Source: Psilocybe cubensis
Taxonomy: Eukaryota
Reading direction: 5' to 3'
DNA length: 64,000 bases
Assembly: GCA_017499595.2 (NCBI GenBank)
Contig: JAFIQS020000014.1
Coordinates: 186,001-250,000 of the forward strand
Both the position numbers and the translations under genes were made by a program. Position 1 is the stretch's first letter. Each line of letters opens with the position of its first letter. Below, piece after piece: positions 35,005 to 48,578 of the stretch. A model generated the notes under the pieces. It was not told where the DNA came from. It was given only the letters and a program-made list of their open reading frames with translations, and did not search any database.

Positions 35005-38000
35005 CTACTTGGCATTCAAATGCTTGACGCCCGCTGTATTATCCACAACATGGAACCTAAAAAGAAGAACAATAGTTAGTATCAACACTTTCCAAAAGGG
35101 ACAAACGATTCCAAAACCACAAAAACAAATGGACTACTCACGCATCGCTCCTCCACCCATCCACACCCTTCCCAACCATTTCCTTCCTCTCTTCAGCCCG
35201 ATTCACCCATCCAGCAGGATTTCCCTGGTCAGCTAAAATCGAATTGCGCTTATCGGCTACAATCTTGAACTGCGACGCCGACTCCCTCTCTTTTGCTGAA
35301 GACGTGAGCGAGGCCGCTTCGTCCTTCTTTCTCGCAAAGAGCTATCCCCAAATACCCCGTCAATCTTCAAAAAATACAAGAGAAAGAGAAATGACACGCA
35401 CATCCTTTAAAACATCTACCCTCCCCTCCCCTTCTTCCCCCTTTATATCCTCCATCCTATCTCTAACAACCACAAGCCGCCCATCAAGATACTCCAGCCC
35501 AGTCCTCAAAGCATCCGCCACAGCCCTCTGCACCTGCTTCTTGATCAACCCCGTCGCGAGCGGCCTAAGCGTCTTGTACAGGAAATCATGGTTCGAGTCT
35601 CGGATCGCAAATTTGAGCGTGTCGAGTTTCACTTTGATGTCATGCACTTTGAAGACGGATGTGCGGTCTGAAGAGGGTGTTGAGACAAGCTCTATCATTG
35701 CCTGTGGATTAATGTATTAGATTAGTAGCATATTGTATTGGAGGGAATGGACACGCACGGAAAGTCCTTCTCCGCCAATGACAACATCTGCCAACCCTGA
35801 ATCTTTCATCTTGGGTATACCAGTCTTCTTCTTATAATAAAAGGCAACGTCGCGCATGTCCGCCTGAATCTGCTCTAGATGCACCCTCACACTAATATTA
35901 TACATAAGAAAATCCACGTAAACAAAAACACACATATGAAAAAAAAAACAACACGAAGACACGCACCGATGATGGTTCTCCTCCTTTATCGCATTATAAG
36001 GAGAGAACGCCACATAATTGTTCGCTTCAAACGATACCATATTCGGCAACAAATTCCTTCCTTGCAGGGTCAGATTCTCAACGACAAGATCCAGCGCGTC
36101 GTCCGTGTACTCGACGCGCGGGATGGGGATATATCCGATCTGTCGCAGCAGGAAAGCGCGTGAGCGCCGTATGCGACAAATTGTGAACGGAGTGGGAAAT
36201 GATACTGTACCTGGTCAATCAACCCCGGCAGGATAACCTTGCGGATATCATTCCAAAGCTCAGGTTTGAACTTCAAACTTCCCTCGCTATCAAACAACAA
36301 ATCCTTCGTAAGTCTCGCCCAATCCTGTCCAAACTGTTTATTAATCTACATTCACATGCACCACACACAAAATCAACATCAGCATTAAAAAACAATCGAA
36401 AGACAAAAAACCACACACACCGGATCCTCGCCCATAGCACCAAACCACCTTCCAACACTATCAAACAACGCATCAAAGTGGCCCTTGTACTTGCCATCGT
36501 AGAACTCCCTCCCAATATCCCTCAACTTCCTCGCATGGGAATTACACGCCGGCTCAAGCACATACCCCGGCTCAAGCAACACCTTCCTTACATACAAATT
36601 CAGCGCGCTGAACCATTCGCGAAGAGCGGGGTCCCGCCTTGCGTCGTCGATCAGTGCATCCAAAGAGGAAGTGACGATGTCGAATTGTACGCCATTCGCG
36701 AATCGTTCGAGGATCGTGCGGAGTTCGGCTATGCACAGGTCGAGATTGGATTGCTGGTTATTCGATAAAAGAGTCAGCAGTCAATAATCTATACATTGTA
36801 TATTAACGGAGACACAAACGTACCTTCGCAGCGGTACCGACGTGTTGATGCAACACCCCTCCAGGGCCCGCAACACTCTTCCCATGCCTCACGTACTCCT
36901 CAACAAACCCAAGCAACCACTTGATTGACTCTTGATAATCGTCGTGTTTCTGACATTCTATAATAACCTGCACAACAAAATACAAAATATCATCATCGTC
37001 AGCTTGGTACAGAGTTGCCGTATGAAGGTGGAACACACCTTCTTCCCTCTGAAGATAAATTGATCCCGCCTCTCCTCCGGGAAATACTCCTCGTTCAAAA
37101 ATTGACGTCCACGCTCGTACCGATTCGACACTGCATCCTTGTGTTTATCCGGGATACGCTCATTGATGTTATCCTGAAAAGAAGGTCTGCATCCCGAACC
37201 AGAAACAAAAAGGAAGAGAAAGACTCACCCTCATCGCACGCATCTTACCCATAACACCCCCCTTCTTCTTCTCAACCTCCATATCCGGATCTTCACTCTC
37301 CTGCACATCCCCAACGTGACCCTTCACCTCCCGCATACCCTCATCTCGCCTCTTGCTCGCCTCGCCAGCCATCTCCTTCCCTTTCCCAGCCATTTCCTCT
37401 CTCTTGGTCGGGTCTCTTACAGCCTGCGAAGCAGCATCCATTGCACCGCTCCGCGCCTGTTCCTTGAAACTCTGCGCCTGGTCGTACACCTCACCGACGG
37501 GTTTACCCTCAGGGTGATCAGACGTATGCACACGCGCCCCTCCATGCGCATCATCATGCGGGTCCGCGCGGATCTTCACACCACCAGGCATCTCCGTCTT
37601 CAACACGGGTGTCTCCCCTGGAGCTGCGACGCGCCCACCCTCAGTTATGAACTGGTCATTCGGCGCGGTCTCGTCGACTCTCTCGAGTGCTTCGCGGGGA
37701 GGTGCGATAGCTTGCGATGCGTTGGATGCAGCGCGCGCGAGGAGGTCGCGGCCTATTACTGAAAAGTCGCCTAGGAGTTTTCGGACTTCCGAGTTGGATA
37801 GGATGAGAGTTAGGAGTGTGCGGAGGTGTTTGACCGCTGTTCATGGTTACGAAGTTAATGTGAGTGTGAATGCGAAAGTAAAAGGGAGCAACGCACCCAT
37901 TTCAGAATCCTGATCAACCTTCTCCCTATCCACAGGGATCTTATCCTTCAACGCCCCTCCCATTCCCATCCCACCGTTCTCGCCTTGGGACGCAGTGGCC

Positions 38001-38510
38001 GCCCCGCGCGTGTGCCATACAAAGTCCTGTACAAGCTCATCTGCGTTTTTCTCAGCAATCATCAAGCGCGCGGTACTGATTATTTCTTTGAGGTCTTGAA
38101 TGAGGCGGCGTCCTTGTGGCGAGAGAGACTTTGCGTTTACGGAGGCAGTCGTGGTGGTATGCCCGCCTCCAGTGGTGGTGGTAGCGGTGGTGGGAGCATG
38201 CGAAGAGGAAGAGGATAAAGCGTCAGAGGAAAGCAAATACGCAAGCGCGCGGTCGATCTGCGCATTCGATGGCAGCTTTCCAGCGCGGAAGGCTTGTAAA
38301 ACGGTGTAGAGGCGTATCTGTGTTTGCGTTGTGTCATAGGAGTTAGCTGACGAGTTCACAATGACAGTGGTGCGTGAAAAAAATAAAGAGGAGGAAGGGT
38401 ACCTTGCGATCTACATCAGCATCCTTCGCAGCCTTGTCGACCGGGTCGACCACACTTCCCTTGGCGGGATGCGTGCTGATATCTTTCGGTGCTGGTGGGA
38501 GGTGAGACAT
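35005..38510 (-). CDS. Conserved fungal protein, DUF4449/DUF5923-like (multi-exon)
   Basis: Start MSHLPPAPK…, GKLPSNAQID, EKNADELVQDFVWH, VIIECQKHDDYQ, LKFKPELWNDIR, QADMRDVAFYY, SNHDFLYKTLRPL, end …GWRSDAFHVV…NAK*. Confidence 0.8.
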
Positions 38511-39482
38511 GTTTATTTTCAATCGTTGTCCACTTCGTTCACTCGTCTGTGGTGTCTTTGTGTGTTCGTATGGGCGTTAATCAAGTAAAGCTTGGGATAT
38601 GGGTAGTTGAGGTCGAAGTGTGTTGCGAGGTAGGTAGATTTCTGGTACGGTATGGTATGAAACAAAACAGTGTTGTGTAAATAAAAAGGAGCGTCGCAAG
38701 GAGTGAGGGGTAGATATAGTACATTATACCATAACATTGTGGTGCGATGGCGCAGCGACGTCATCCATGATCCAACTTCCACATTCCACAATCTGTGCCA
38801 CAACCCAGTCTAGTCCTAATTGCACTGAATCCCATCATACCGGTATCCACTGTAATTATATCCACACGCAACGGGTCGGGAACGGGATAGGGGTTAGGAT
38901 AGGGTGGTGGGGAGGTGGGGTGTGACGTCATCAAGTGACACATATTCTAACTATACTAATCCTCGACGTCGATCATGTTGTGTCGAAGAGACTTTGACAC
39001 CGTCGAGGAGTCAAGGATGACTGGAATAGACTGGAATGGAAATGTGGGTTACCCTTATTAAGCAGAATATATGTACATGAGAGGGAGATGACAAGTAGGT
39101 GTGGAGCTCAAATTTGGGTTCTACTTGGGCGGCGCGAAATGAATGAAAAGTTAAATTTTCATGTGCGTGTGGATGGACTTGACAGAAAGTGTTGTTTTGC
39201 CGAGGGGCAATTACGACAAGATAAGCTAATATCGTTTGAACGGAATCCTGGAAAATGAATAAAATACGTGAGTGACGAAATTGGAGAATCTTGGAGAAAC
39301 GAAGGTTTTAAGTCAGAGCGAAGGATGGGATATTACACAACAATAAACACAAGCGCATACATAGTCTACCTTGACTATTCATCGACACATGTGCACTATT
39401 AGTCAAATATCTGTGAGTGCTTGACGGAAACAGAAATAATAAGCGCCCAATGGCGTCAAAAAGTTCCACCTCGTATATGGCC

Positions 39483-41735
39483 TCATATTTCATAAGTGCC
39501 AAGGAGCTCCTTAATGGCATCCATGGAGCTCGTGATGCGCGGTTTAAAGTTGACGTTGAAAGGGAGAGGGTGAGTCGTGACCCCGTCTGTGAATGCCATT
39601 TTGTCGATTGGAGCAGCGGGGTCAGGAGATATTTTGAACGCCCACTGCAGCAGCGCAGTGTTGACAAATACCGAACTGTTAAAAAAACTATTATAAACAA
39701 TGATATGCGTTTTTCGGCAACAAAATGGGTATACCTCGTAGCCATATATTGTCCTGGACATACTCTATAAAGGACCAAACGTCAGAACGTGGTCAGAACG
39801 AGATCGCGTACAACCAATTCATGGGCATCATACCTCCTTCCAAATCCAAATGAGTATGACTTCAAGTCTTGCTTAATCCTTCCGTCCTCTGCCAGCCACC
39901 TCTGAGGATTGAATGATTCGGGATCTTCAAAAAAGTTTGGGTCTCGCCCAATAGACCTTCAAATAGTCTCAGAAAATGTCATTTGTTTGTAAGATTTACC
40001 AGTATAAATACCATGTATTCCCTATAATTGTGGCTCCCTTAGGAATCAGATAGTTTTCCTGTATATAGTAAAAGGTAAGTCTATATCCTTTTGATTTATG
40101 TGGATGTTAATGTGGTTAGGTGAGGTGGACTAACCCAAATAATATCCCTCGTCGTTCTATGAGCGATTCCTACCCGGTGTGGAACGTTTCATCAAATTAA
40201 ACAGTCAGGTAACCGAAATTTATTTGTCTGACCTCCAGGAACAACAGGCCTCCATCTGAACGTCTCCAACACAAATGCCATCGTCTGGGGGAGCATATCC
40301 TGGTCCTTTGATGCCGGAGCTAGAACAAGGACAGGTAATCTTCAGAGTTTGACCCACAATACTAATTCAATCAGACGAAAACAACGTAGGAATGCCTACC
40401 TTTTTTTCGTCCAATCACAGCATCCAGCTCATCCTGAACACGCCTCTGTGCTTCAGGATAGCATGCAGCAGCAATGATGCTGATGCTAATAGCAGACGCT
40501 GTCGTATCTGACCCCGCACCAAACATGCTGCCGGCCAAGTACGCTATCTCAGAGTCGGATAACCCGAGCTCGGACTGTCGCTCGAGGAGATACCTACTAA
40601 ACGACGCGGGCAAGTCTGCCTTTGATTTCTGTTTTCAATGAAGATGGAAATTTGTGAAATGGAAGGAAGTGCTGAACTTGAACTTGGAAAAATGTAGGTA
40701 TACTGACCATTTTTGTTTGGACTTCGTACAGCAGTCGTTTAAACAACGCCAGCTCGCTGACATGAGCATCCTGTAGCTCTTTCAGGTATCCCGGGATATA
40801 TCTGTGGTACATGGGATCAAACACCAAATACTCCGAACGGGAAACACGTACCTTAAAATAGGATACGCATCAACCATCCATAATCCAGGTCGCAGGTTTA
40901 AACCGAATGTCCTAGAGCATTGGTTGATGGCAAGGATCTCTGGATCCGTATATAGTTTAGGCTGCTTTCCATATGCAATTTCCATCACGACAGAGGCAGC
41001 GTATCTATATGCATTGTATAGTCAGAGGATATGCCATTCCCCTTTTCCAAAACAAAGACATGTTCCATACCGTTTAGCATGACCCTGGTGGTTTGAAGGA
41101 TCATTTATGATGTCAATTATATGTTGCTTTGCATTGCGCGCTATAATGACCGCATAGTCTGGAAGAATTTGCGGTCGAAGATGCGAATGAATAGCTCTGT
41201 GAATCCGCCACCAGTATGATCAATTTTACGTCACTTGGTTCGCTTTTAGGTTTCAGCAACGCACCTGCGGAACTTGCGGAATTGCTCGCCGACAGGTGTC
41301 ATAACCAATCTCATCCCCCCAGAGAGTGTATCGCCCACTGCAATGCTGCGTGGCCGGTCGACCGTGGCCAATCCCTCTTTTTCCATAATATCGGCGGCTG
41401 CTCGAAGCCGTCCAATGACGATTACTGTATTGAACCCTTGACGAAGGGTAAAAATTGGTCCATATTGCTGCGTCAAGGATTCGAAGTAGAGATGTGCACT
41501 GAGTGATAAGGGTTAACTAATTCTATTTAAGGATGTCGAGGGAATAGACTTACGACGACGTAGGAATAAAATTACCGAAGACAAATCTTCCAGAGGGACC
41601 AGGTGGGAGCACTGGGAGGGGAAGTCGGTGGCCGGAGCAAGTCACTCGGTAATGTATGAATGTAAGGAGTGTTATACAGAAAGCCAATACTGCAATAATC
41701 TGTGGTAGGAAGACAATCTCAACAATAGATCCCAT
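39483..41735 (-). CDS. Cytochrome P450, complete multi-exon paralog
   Basis: N-terminal anchor + PPGP, AGSDTT, ETFRWRP, DPESFNPQRWL, SFGFGRR/VCPG heme motif. Confidence 0.93.
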
Positions 41736-44133
41736 TCTATGACTTGGATTGAATGAATGTGGAGAGAGAAGATACCTTGTTAGTTTGCTTTGCTTTTATT
41801 GAAAACAGCATACCGAATAAGCGCAAGCTTCTCCTAAAATCGGCTCCAAACCTCAAACGACCTTCTTGATGATATGCCGTACTTTCTTATTTGTTTTAAG
41901 CAATTTACTAGATGACAGTGACCAAGGCGTCTGGCTCGGATTGGTCTCTTTCTACATTGGCGGGCCAAACCAGTGTTTTTTTGTTGGAGATATACAGACT
42001 TGTACTTCTTTACTGAAATAGGGAGTTATGAACTTACAGCGATATCGAACAACTATCCCTAGTCGGCCACTGGCTCGAAAAGCGTCGTGCCGAGTAGCCG
42101 AAGGTCTGGACTCGCCGTTCCTCGATGACGCGATGTACACGTGATGATCCCGGGGTGACCCGTGCGATATGCAAATTTTTGCCTTGCTCTTTTTCAACTC
42201 TTTCTTCCACCCATCTTCTCCTGGAAACAGCGTTGTCACCAGCTAAAATCTTTGAAGATGAATTTCTTTCCTTGGTGGCAACAACTTCAGCATCGAGCTA
42301 TCCTGGACCCTATCAGCATCGATTCATGCGCATGTGCGCGCTTCTACTAGGACCCAAGACCCATACACACACCGCCCATATCCTTCACAAATCCTATAGC
42401 CAAATGGAACCTACTTTGACTTGAGATGCAACATTTATTAGCTCGACCATATATCTTCGCCCAAGCCGCCTTGAGATTTTTGAGAAGTTCGAGGTGGTCG
42501 GTGGGTATAATATGCGAGAGTTTTGTGACCCACTGCACTTGACTGGGAGTATGAACTCTCCTCTTTGTCTACCCCATCTTCCATGCTGGTTCTACCCTGA
42601 GCATATATGGGCTATGCGCGCAACATTTTTTCAGTAAATCCATCATCTTATTAGAGACCTATGACTTCAGGTGTTGTGCCGTCAATTTGCTCTGTTATCC
42701 CTGATCCGTATTGTGGACCGTACCACACTTCATTCATATTCTGGCTTACGGTTGTGTGGTATGAGAAAGCTCTCTGAAGTGCCATCCTACGCGGCGCTTA
42801 TTATCCCTCCCACGTTTCATGACAATGACTCTTCTACTTGGTAACTGAAGTCGTTTCGGGAATTTCTATTACCTCTGACTCGACGTCTTTCAGCTCACTT
42901 GAACAAAATATATCACCGCCCAATCTCCTAATTTGGCACAACCGCAGCGTGAGCAATATTGCTCCCATGCGAGTCTGGCAATTGGATTGCTTCCAGTTGG
43001 CAAAACTTGAGCCGCACGGGCTTTCCATCTGGTGACATGGTGTAATATCTTTCTGTCACTATAGCTGGCAGAGTCAAGGACAACTATGCCTTTTTCTCAG
43101 ACTGTGTACTTACCTGCGCTAATCTGGATATAATCCCGACACTCAATTTGTTTTATGCTCATTTTTACGCGGTCAGGTTACAGACGTCCTCTCCTAGCCG
43201 GCATCTTTTCCTTCGCCCATAGAAAGCGACGCTTGGGGGAGTAGTAAGTCCTTCCGGGAAAAGACCTGATCGCGTAAAGAAGATATACACCTCAATTGAG
43301 TAAGGAATTCTGTCTCATCCTTGCTGCTTCGAAGGATTTTGTCACCTCTGACAGGTCGACTGCATTCCATTGTTTTCTGCCTCATGGCCCTTTGTAACCT
43401 AACTTTAAATGTTAAAGGGGCTAAATGCAAACGGAGTCATTGCAATGGTTGTGTCGCCAACCTTGCAAAGAGTTCTTTCAGCATGATGAAAGCATTTGTC
43501 AAAGCAGCTCGTCGGCCGAGTATGTCCGGGACAGGCCTCCCCTAAAACCCCTTTGATATGGTTTCGCTTTAAGACCTCAAAATTGCTTTTCTTCTTTCCA
43601 TTATCCTTGTCCTTTCTGTTTATTTCTGCGTAAAAACATCTGCCAGCCAAATCTCGAATGCACTCTGCAAAGTGTATGCAGATTTCGGTGTTCTCTTGGG
43701 CTCTTTAAAGCTTGCATTTTCGCTCTAGGAAAACGTGAACATATATCATTGTCTCTGGAGAAATGTGGGGTAACCCAGGATGCTCATTCGTGTCGCCAGG
43801 TCTTGTTATCTCATTGCAAATGGTTATGCTGCCAACACCTTGGACCTATTTCACGCAGTCCGATGCTTTATGCAAACCTTCAACCTCCTCCTTTGAACAG
43901 TCTTGTCTTATGTGTCCTTAAGGCAGTTCAACGTGAGAAGGTAGATCAAGTAATCATTGGGCTGCGTGTACTTGGACAGTGCTTAGTGCTTCACCTCTGT
44001 ATGATCCATTCATTTTCAAATGTTTATTGCATCTAACTGCCACAGCCATACTGGCAAGATATATGACATTGAGTTACAGTCATGCATAAACTATTACAAA
44101 TGTCTCCTTCCTAGATATATCATCATTTTTGTC

Positions 44134-44931
44134 TCAATTGTTGCTACATTCCTCCTCTTCCTCCTGTCCATCTTCTTCCATCTCGATATCATCTTCAAAT
44201 TTGGCTCGCTCCGGCCATTGATTAGGCACTGGCTCCGGAGGTGGATGTGCCTTCACAAGCGTTGCTTTAGGGGCACCCTCAATTGGTACAGATGGAGCGT
44301 AGCCCCTCGGATTAGAAGTCCCATTGCGTTCCTCGGGCCCGTACGCGTAGATCCCGTCTCGACTAATAACAATCCCCGGAAGTCCACGATGATATGCATT
44401 GTCCTTGTCGGCTTTTGAGGGCTGTGGGTCGCCCTGGACGTTTGTCGAGAGTGGATGGGTGTGAAAATTGGCAACTGTTCGGTCCAAAGAGGTAAAAAAG
44501 AAAGGATCAGATGGGTATTAGCTTTATTCAGCCGCCGTAAACGCGTATATACGTTAATACTGCTCAAGACTTACCCAGAATAACGTTGTCTCTGCTAATT
44601 CCAGGATTGTTTAGGTCAATACTTGCATTGTCTCCTTTTGTTCGTTGGTTCATGGTCCCCCCTTTTGGTGCCCGCTGCACATACGCTCGGGTGATAGGTC
44701 GTTTGATAGGGAAGTCTAAGGCATATATATTGCGTATATTAGTCTCTTTTGACGCATCTCTTACTAGACAGTGTGGAGGTATAGCTCACCGATATAAATG
44801 AATCCACCTTCCTCATGGCAATGGTACCCATCATCGAATGAGTCCTCCCATGCTGATTGAAAATCACCATTGTTTAGTCTGGTCAACGATTTGACGTCAT
44901 TAACAAGCTCGCGGACAGTTGGCAGTGCCAT
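44134..44931 (-). CDS. Standalone JAB/MPN+ metallopeptidase-fold protein (~208 aa, 3 exons)
   Basis: Splicing 44931-44790, 44715-44574 and ~44474-44134 gives …HEEGGFIY…VANFHTHP…PSKAD…GLPG…; this is the E…HxH…S..D pattern. Confidence 0.75.
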
Positions 44932-45567
44932 TGAAATAGCTAGGTAGATGCCTGTTTCTTGGGGCCACAACTTCAGCTGTTCTTATAGATTTTGTGCTAT
45001 CCAATGCATTGCTCATCGGTGAAGAAAATGTCCGATACTAATAAAAACACAGAAATTCTCATAAAGCGGAGGTGGTGTCGCAATTCTTGTCTCGAAGCGA
45101 ATAGCAAGAGCCGTCCGGTAGGATTTCTGTAAAACTCAATGAGGACCCTTCTTTAGTATTCCTGTTCTATTGTTGAAGGTTTGACATCTGCAACCGCTGA
45201 TTACCAAGGATGGGATAGTGCCCGTGTTTCAGACAAACCAGTTGTAAGTTCTTCAGCATTACTCTTTACATGACAAAAACCACGATAACGCGACAGCAAG
45301 CATGGAAGATATTTACTGAACTGAAAAAGTAGGCGAAAACCACGGGTTGAATTCAACTTATTCAACAGCTGTACAGACAAAGAAGCGACATGTTGTTTAC
45401 CATTTGCTAAATCTTCAGGTGGGATATACGTATCTTGGCGATGTAACACATTCCGTGTAATCACATATTTCAAGAGTGACAATTTCGAACTAGGAAGATA
45501 TTTCAGATAGCCGCGCGTGCGGATAAAAATACAGGATGTTGCCATGTAATGGAGACTCTATGTAGTC

Positions 45568-47250
45568 TCAATCTATATATGGGAGATTCAGAACCATGGA
45601 ATCGCTCAACTCTCTCGCTATATCTGCTCCATATCGCAGACGAAGGACGTCTGGATGGCCACTACCACACTCGTAGTGTAGAATAACACCGGGAGTATCA
45701 ACACTCCTATACAGAACTTTCATTCCCTTGAGTTCGTCAAGGCGCTCTAAGCTTCGTGTAGCGTCCAGCAACCATACAGCAAGATCTTGGTAATGGGTCA
45801 GGTCAAGGACCTTTATTGGAGCCCCAATTTGTCGACGGTGAAATAGAAATCTTTCTAATCGAGATTCAGTAGAAACTCCACCTTCGATTTCGGAGGCGTG
45901 CGATAGGTGGGACAGTTTGAGGTTTTGCAACCGTGGAAAAACAATACCGGAACAGGGAGATTCTTGATCCCAGTGCAGAAGAATGTTGAGAGTATCTTCG
46001 TCGAGTTGAAGATAATCGAGTGATTGGAGCATGAATGAGAACTTTTTGAGGGCAACCAATAGTCCGGGGCGTGGGTGCAATATCTTCATGCTGAGTCTCG
46101 TAACTTCCTTTAGCAGCGGCGAACTGCACATTTGGAATAAGTACGTGACTGAATTTATGGCAATACCGGCGTGGGAGGTGAAGTTGAGCTCCATGTCGGG
46201 CGTATCCCGAGCAAGCCCCTCAAATATTCCACTGTGAAGAACGAATCGTCGCTTTGTACACATGAGACTGAGCGAGCTTGGATGATGGGCGGCAAAATAG
46301 TTCTGATACATTTCGCTCAACTCGCGTTCTCGTGATAGCCTGGAGAGGATTTTATCGCGGTTTTCTCGGAACCTGAACAAACAGCCCGGAGGTGGCCTGA
46401 TGTGTCGTAGGTATTCGAGGCATGTATCGATGTACAAAGTTTGAAGGTGTGGTAAATAGACGATTGGAGGCTCGAAGTCGGGAACGGCGATATGCCCATA
46501 AAGATCGAGCGACTGGAGCAGGGGAAGGTTGGAAAGTATTTCGAATACAGCTTGGTTGCTGAAGCTTCCACCGAGCGTGAGGTCTTGCAAGTTAGCCGTC
46601 CACCCTAGACTAAGATCACAATGGGCGCCTGTCATTTGAAACGATTTTAATTGAGGGGCTTGATCAGCGAAAATATTGCCCGGAAGACTAGACGGGTGGT
46701 CTGAGGCTCCTGCATCGAACATGGTGTGGATTTCAAATTGTGAAAGACATGGCGCAGGGCGAGACAAAAAACTCCAATCTTCTCCACTCCAACGATTGAC
46801 AAAAATCTTCTCGATTCGATTCCATTGGTCGGCAATAAATCGAAGCAGAAACGCCCGCGATTCTGTCGCCTTTGGAGCGCCGACGTAATTACTAGTTTCC
46901 CCCTCCACAACCCAGAGTAAAGACGAAGATCCACTGCGCGAGATGACCTCGTCCCGCCAATGCGTAGTCTTTTGATCAAAGGACACGAAATCAATCAGTC
47001 GCCCCCAAATAGCTGTGGATGAAAGGATGATATTCCTCCAGTGCCGACAAACTTGAGAGGTGATCCGTGTAACCTCGAGTGGTCGTGGGGTATGATCTTT
47101 GACGTTGTACTGATATGGAGTCAATATCTGCGGATTGTTGACATTCGTCATGAAGATGCGCCATAGGAGGTCTTCCGAGAGCTTCCAAATCGGCGAGACA
47201 GATTGTGTGACATTCGCGGACCTTGAATGCAAGTTGAAGGGTGTATGCAT
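45568..47250 (-). CDS. F-box-like / RNI-like LRR protein (single exon, 560 aa)
   Basis: SPIWKLSEDLLWRIF…SQVCRHWR…IWG; PAPCL; LxxLxL repeats. Confidence 0.85.
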   Translation of the reverse strand: MHTPFNLHSRSANVTQSVSPIWKLSEDLLWRIFMTNVNNPQILTPYQYNVKDHTPRPLEVTRITSQVCRHWRNIILSSTAIWGRLIDFVSFDQKTTHWRDEVISRSGSSSLLWVVEGETSNYVGAPKATESRAFLLRFIADQWNRIEKIFVNRWSGEDWSFLSRPAPCLSQFEIHTMFDAGASDHPSSLPGNIFADQAPQLKSFQMTGAHCDLSLGWTANLQDLTLGGSFSNQAVFEILSNLPLLQSLDLYGHIAVPDFEPPIVYLPHLQTLYIDTCLEYLRHIRPPPGCLFRFRENRDKILSRLSRERELSEMYQNYFAAHHPSSLSLMCTKRRFVLHSGIFEGLARDTPDMELNFTSHAGIAINSVTYLFQMCSSPLLKEVTRLSMKILHPRPGLLVALKKFSFMLQSLDYLQLDEDTLNILLHWDQESPCSGIVFPRLQNLKLSHLSHASEIEGGVSTESRLERFLFHRRQIGAPIKVLDLTHYQDLAVWLLDATRSLERLDELKGMKVLYRSVDTPGVILHYECGSGHPDVLRLRYGADIARELSDSMVLNLPYID

Positions 47251-48578
47251 CGCACAATGTCGATGGTGGTAAGAATCGTTCGCAAGAGATAAGAAGGACA
47301 GAAAGGAACTCGACGCTGGGTAGCTATAAGCTCCTCATTCAGTGTTACTCTGGGTAAAACAAGCCACGAAGGCGAGTATTCAACCACACATACCGTTACT
47401 ATATTTCAAAAAGTGAATGGACATGATATTGTGTGTTTGCTTCACTTGCGAAAGACGTGAAGTGCCAGGTCATACATAGGACGCCAGAAAATGGTTTGAT
47501 AACATATATAGTTAGCCGGATTTCATGAGCCAGTCAGTCGAAGGAATGTTTTTTTCGGCCTGGATTGCATCACAAAGTTGGTTAAGCTTGTTGGGCATCG
47601 TTCAATACGAAAGCATCAGCAGACGATCTCTCGCTGAAAAATTGGAAAGGGGACAAAGGATTGCAATTTGCACAGCCACGTTAAGAGGCCAGGAATTATT
47701 AATATTAGTCAGCACATAATCATGGACGTACGCGACTGGATCGTCACTTTCACTTAATTAATAGGTCTGAACAAGGTCTTAAATCACAGTCTAACGGGTA
47801 TGAGCATGCTGTCATATATATACATGAGATCTGCGCGAATCATAACCTTATTTCAAGCTTATCCGCACTTACCTTCCAATTTATCTTGACTACTTTAGTA
47901 ATACCAAAATGAAAGGACTTGTCAGCGAGTTTAGAAGACTACTATGGTCTCAATATGAACTCCAAATCAAAACCTTTCAAGTTTTGCGGTCATCATTCTT
48001 GGTTCAAGGATATGGGATTGGTGAGATCATTTCTACAAGAAAGGTCGTATATTTATGCATAGCTGACCAGAGTAGATAATCACATTACTTTATGATAGAT
48101 TTTAATCAATCATAATTAGAAGCGATTCCCTCCATCAATGTCCTGCGAGTGCTGCACATTCCATTAGCGACAACGTAATATTTCACAATTCTTCTGCTAG
48201 AACAAATCCTCAGAGAGCACAAACTTCGCAGTGCAGACATTCTTCATGTTGCCATGGTTTTGGGATATCAAGTAGAAGACCAAGGGTTGTTCATTGTGAA
48301 TATAATTGATTATATATAATTTTATCGTGGGTTCCCTTACCCCACGGTTCAGCACATGTGTCTGTTAAGTCAACCGGAAGAGCTGTCGCTGCTACTATTC
48401 ATGAATCAAAAAAGAAAAAACGACATACGAATGATTGTTGATGGATTTTTTTTACTGCAAGGGGAATAAGCTTGCTCCACATGGACAGTTCGTGTGTTAG
48501 TTCAAACATCGAGCTCATTCCTACATAAAACTATCTTTCTACGAGACTCAAAACTGACACATACCGTAACGCTTCGCC

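Noticed and set aside
29304-41735. Psilocybin-like or other secondary-metabolite cluster
   Set aside because: No decarboxylase, kinase, methyltransferase, PKS, NRPS or terpene synthase in the window; the P450s cannot be assigned to a pathway
41952-44036. Scattered ORFs that might be a decayed gene
   Set aside because: No recognisable motif or consistent exon chain could be built by eye
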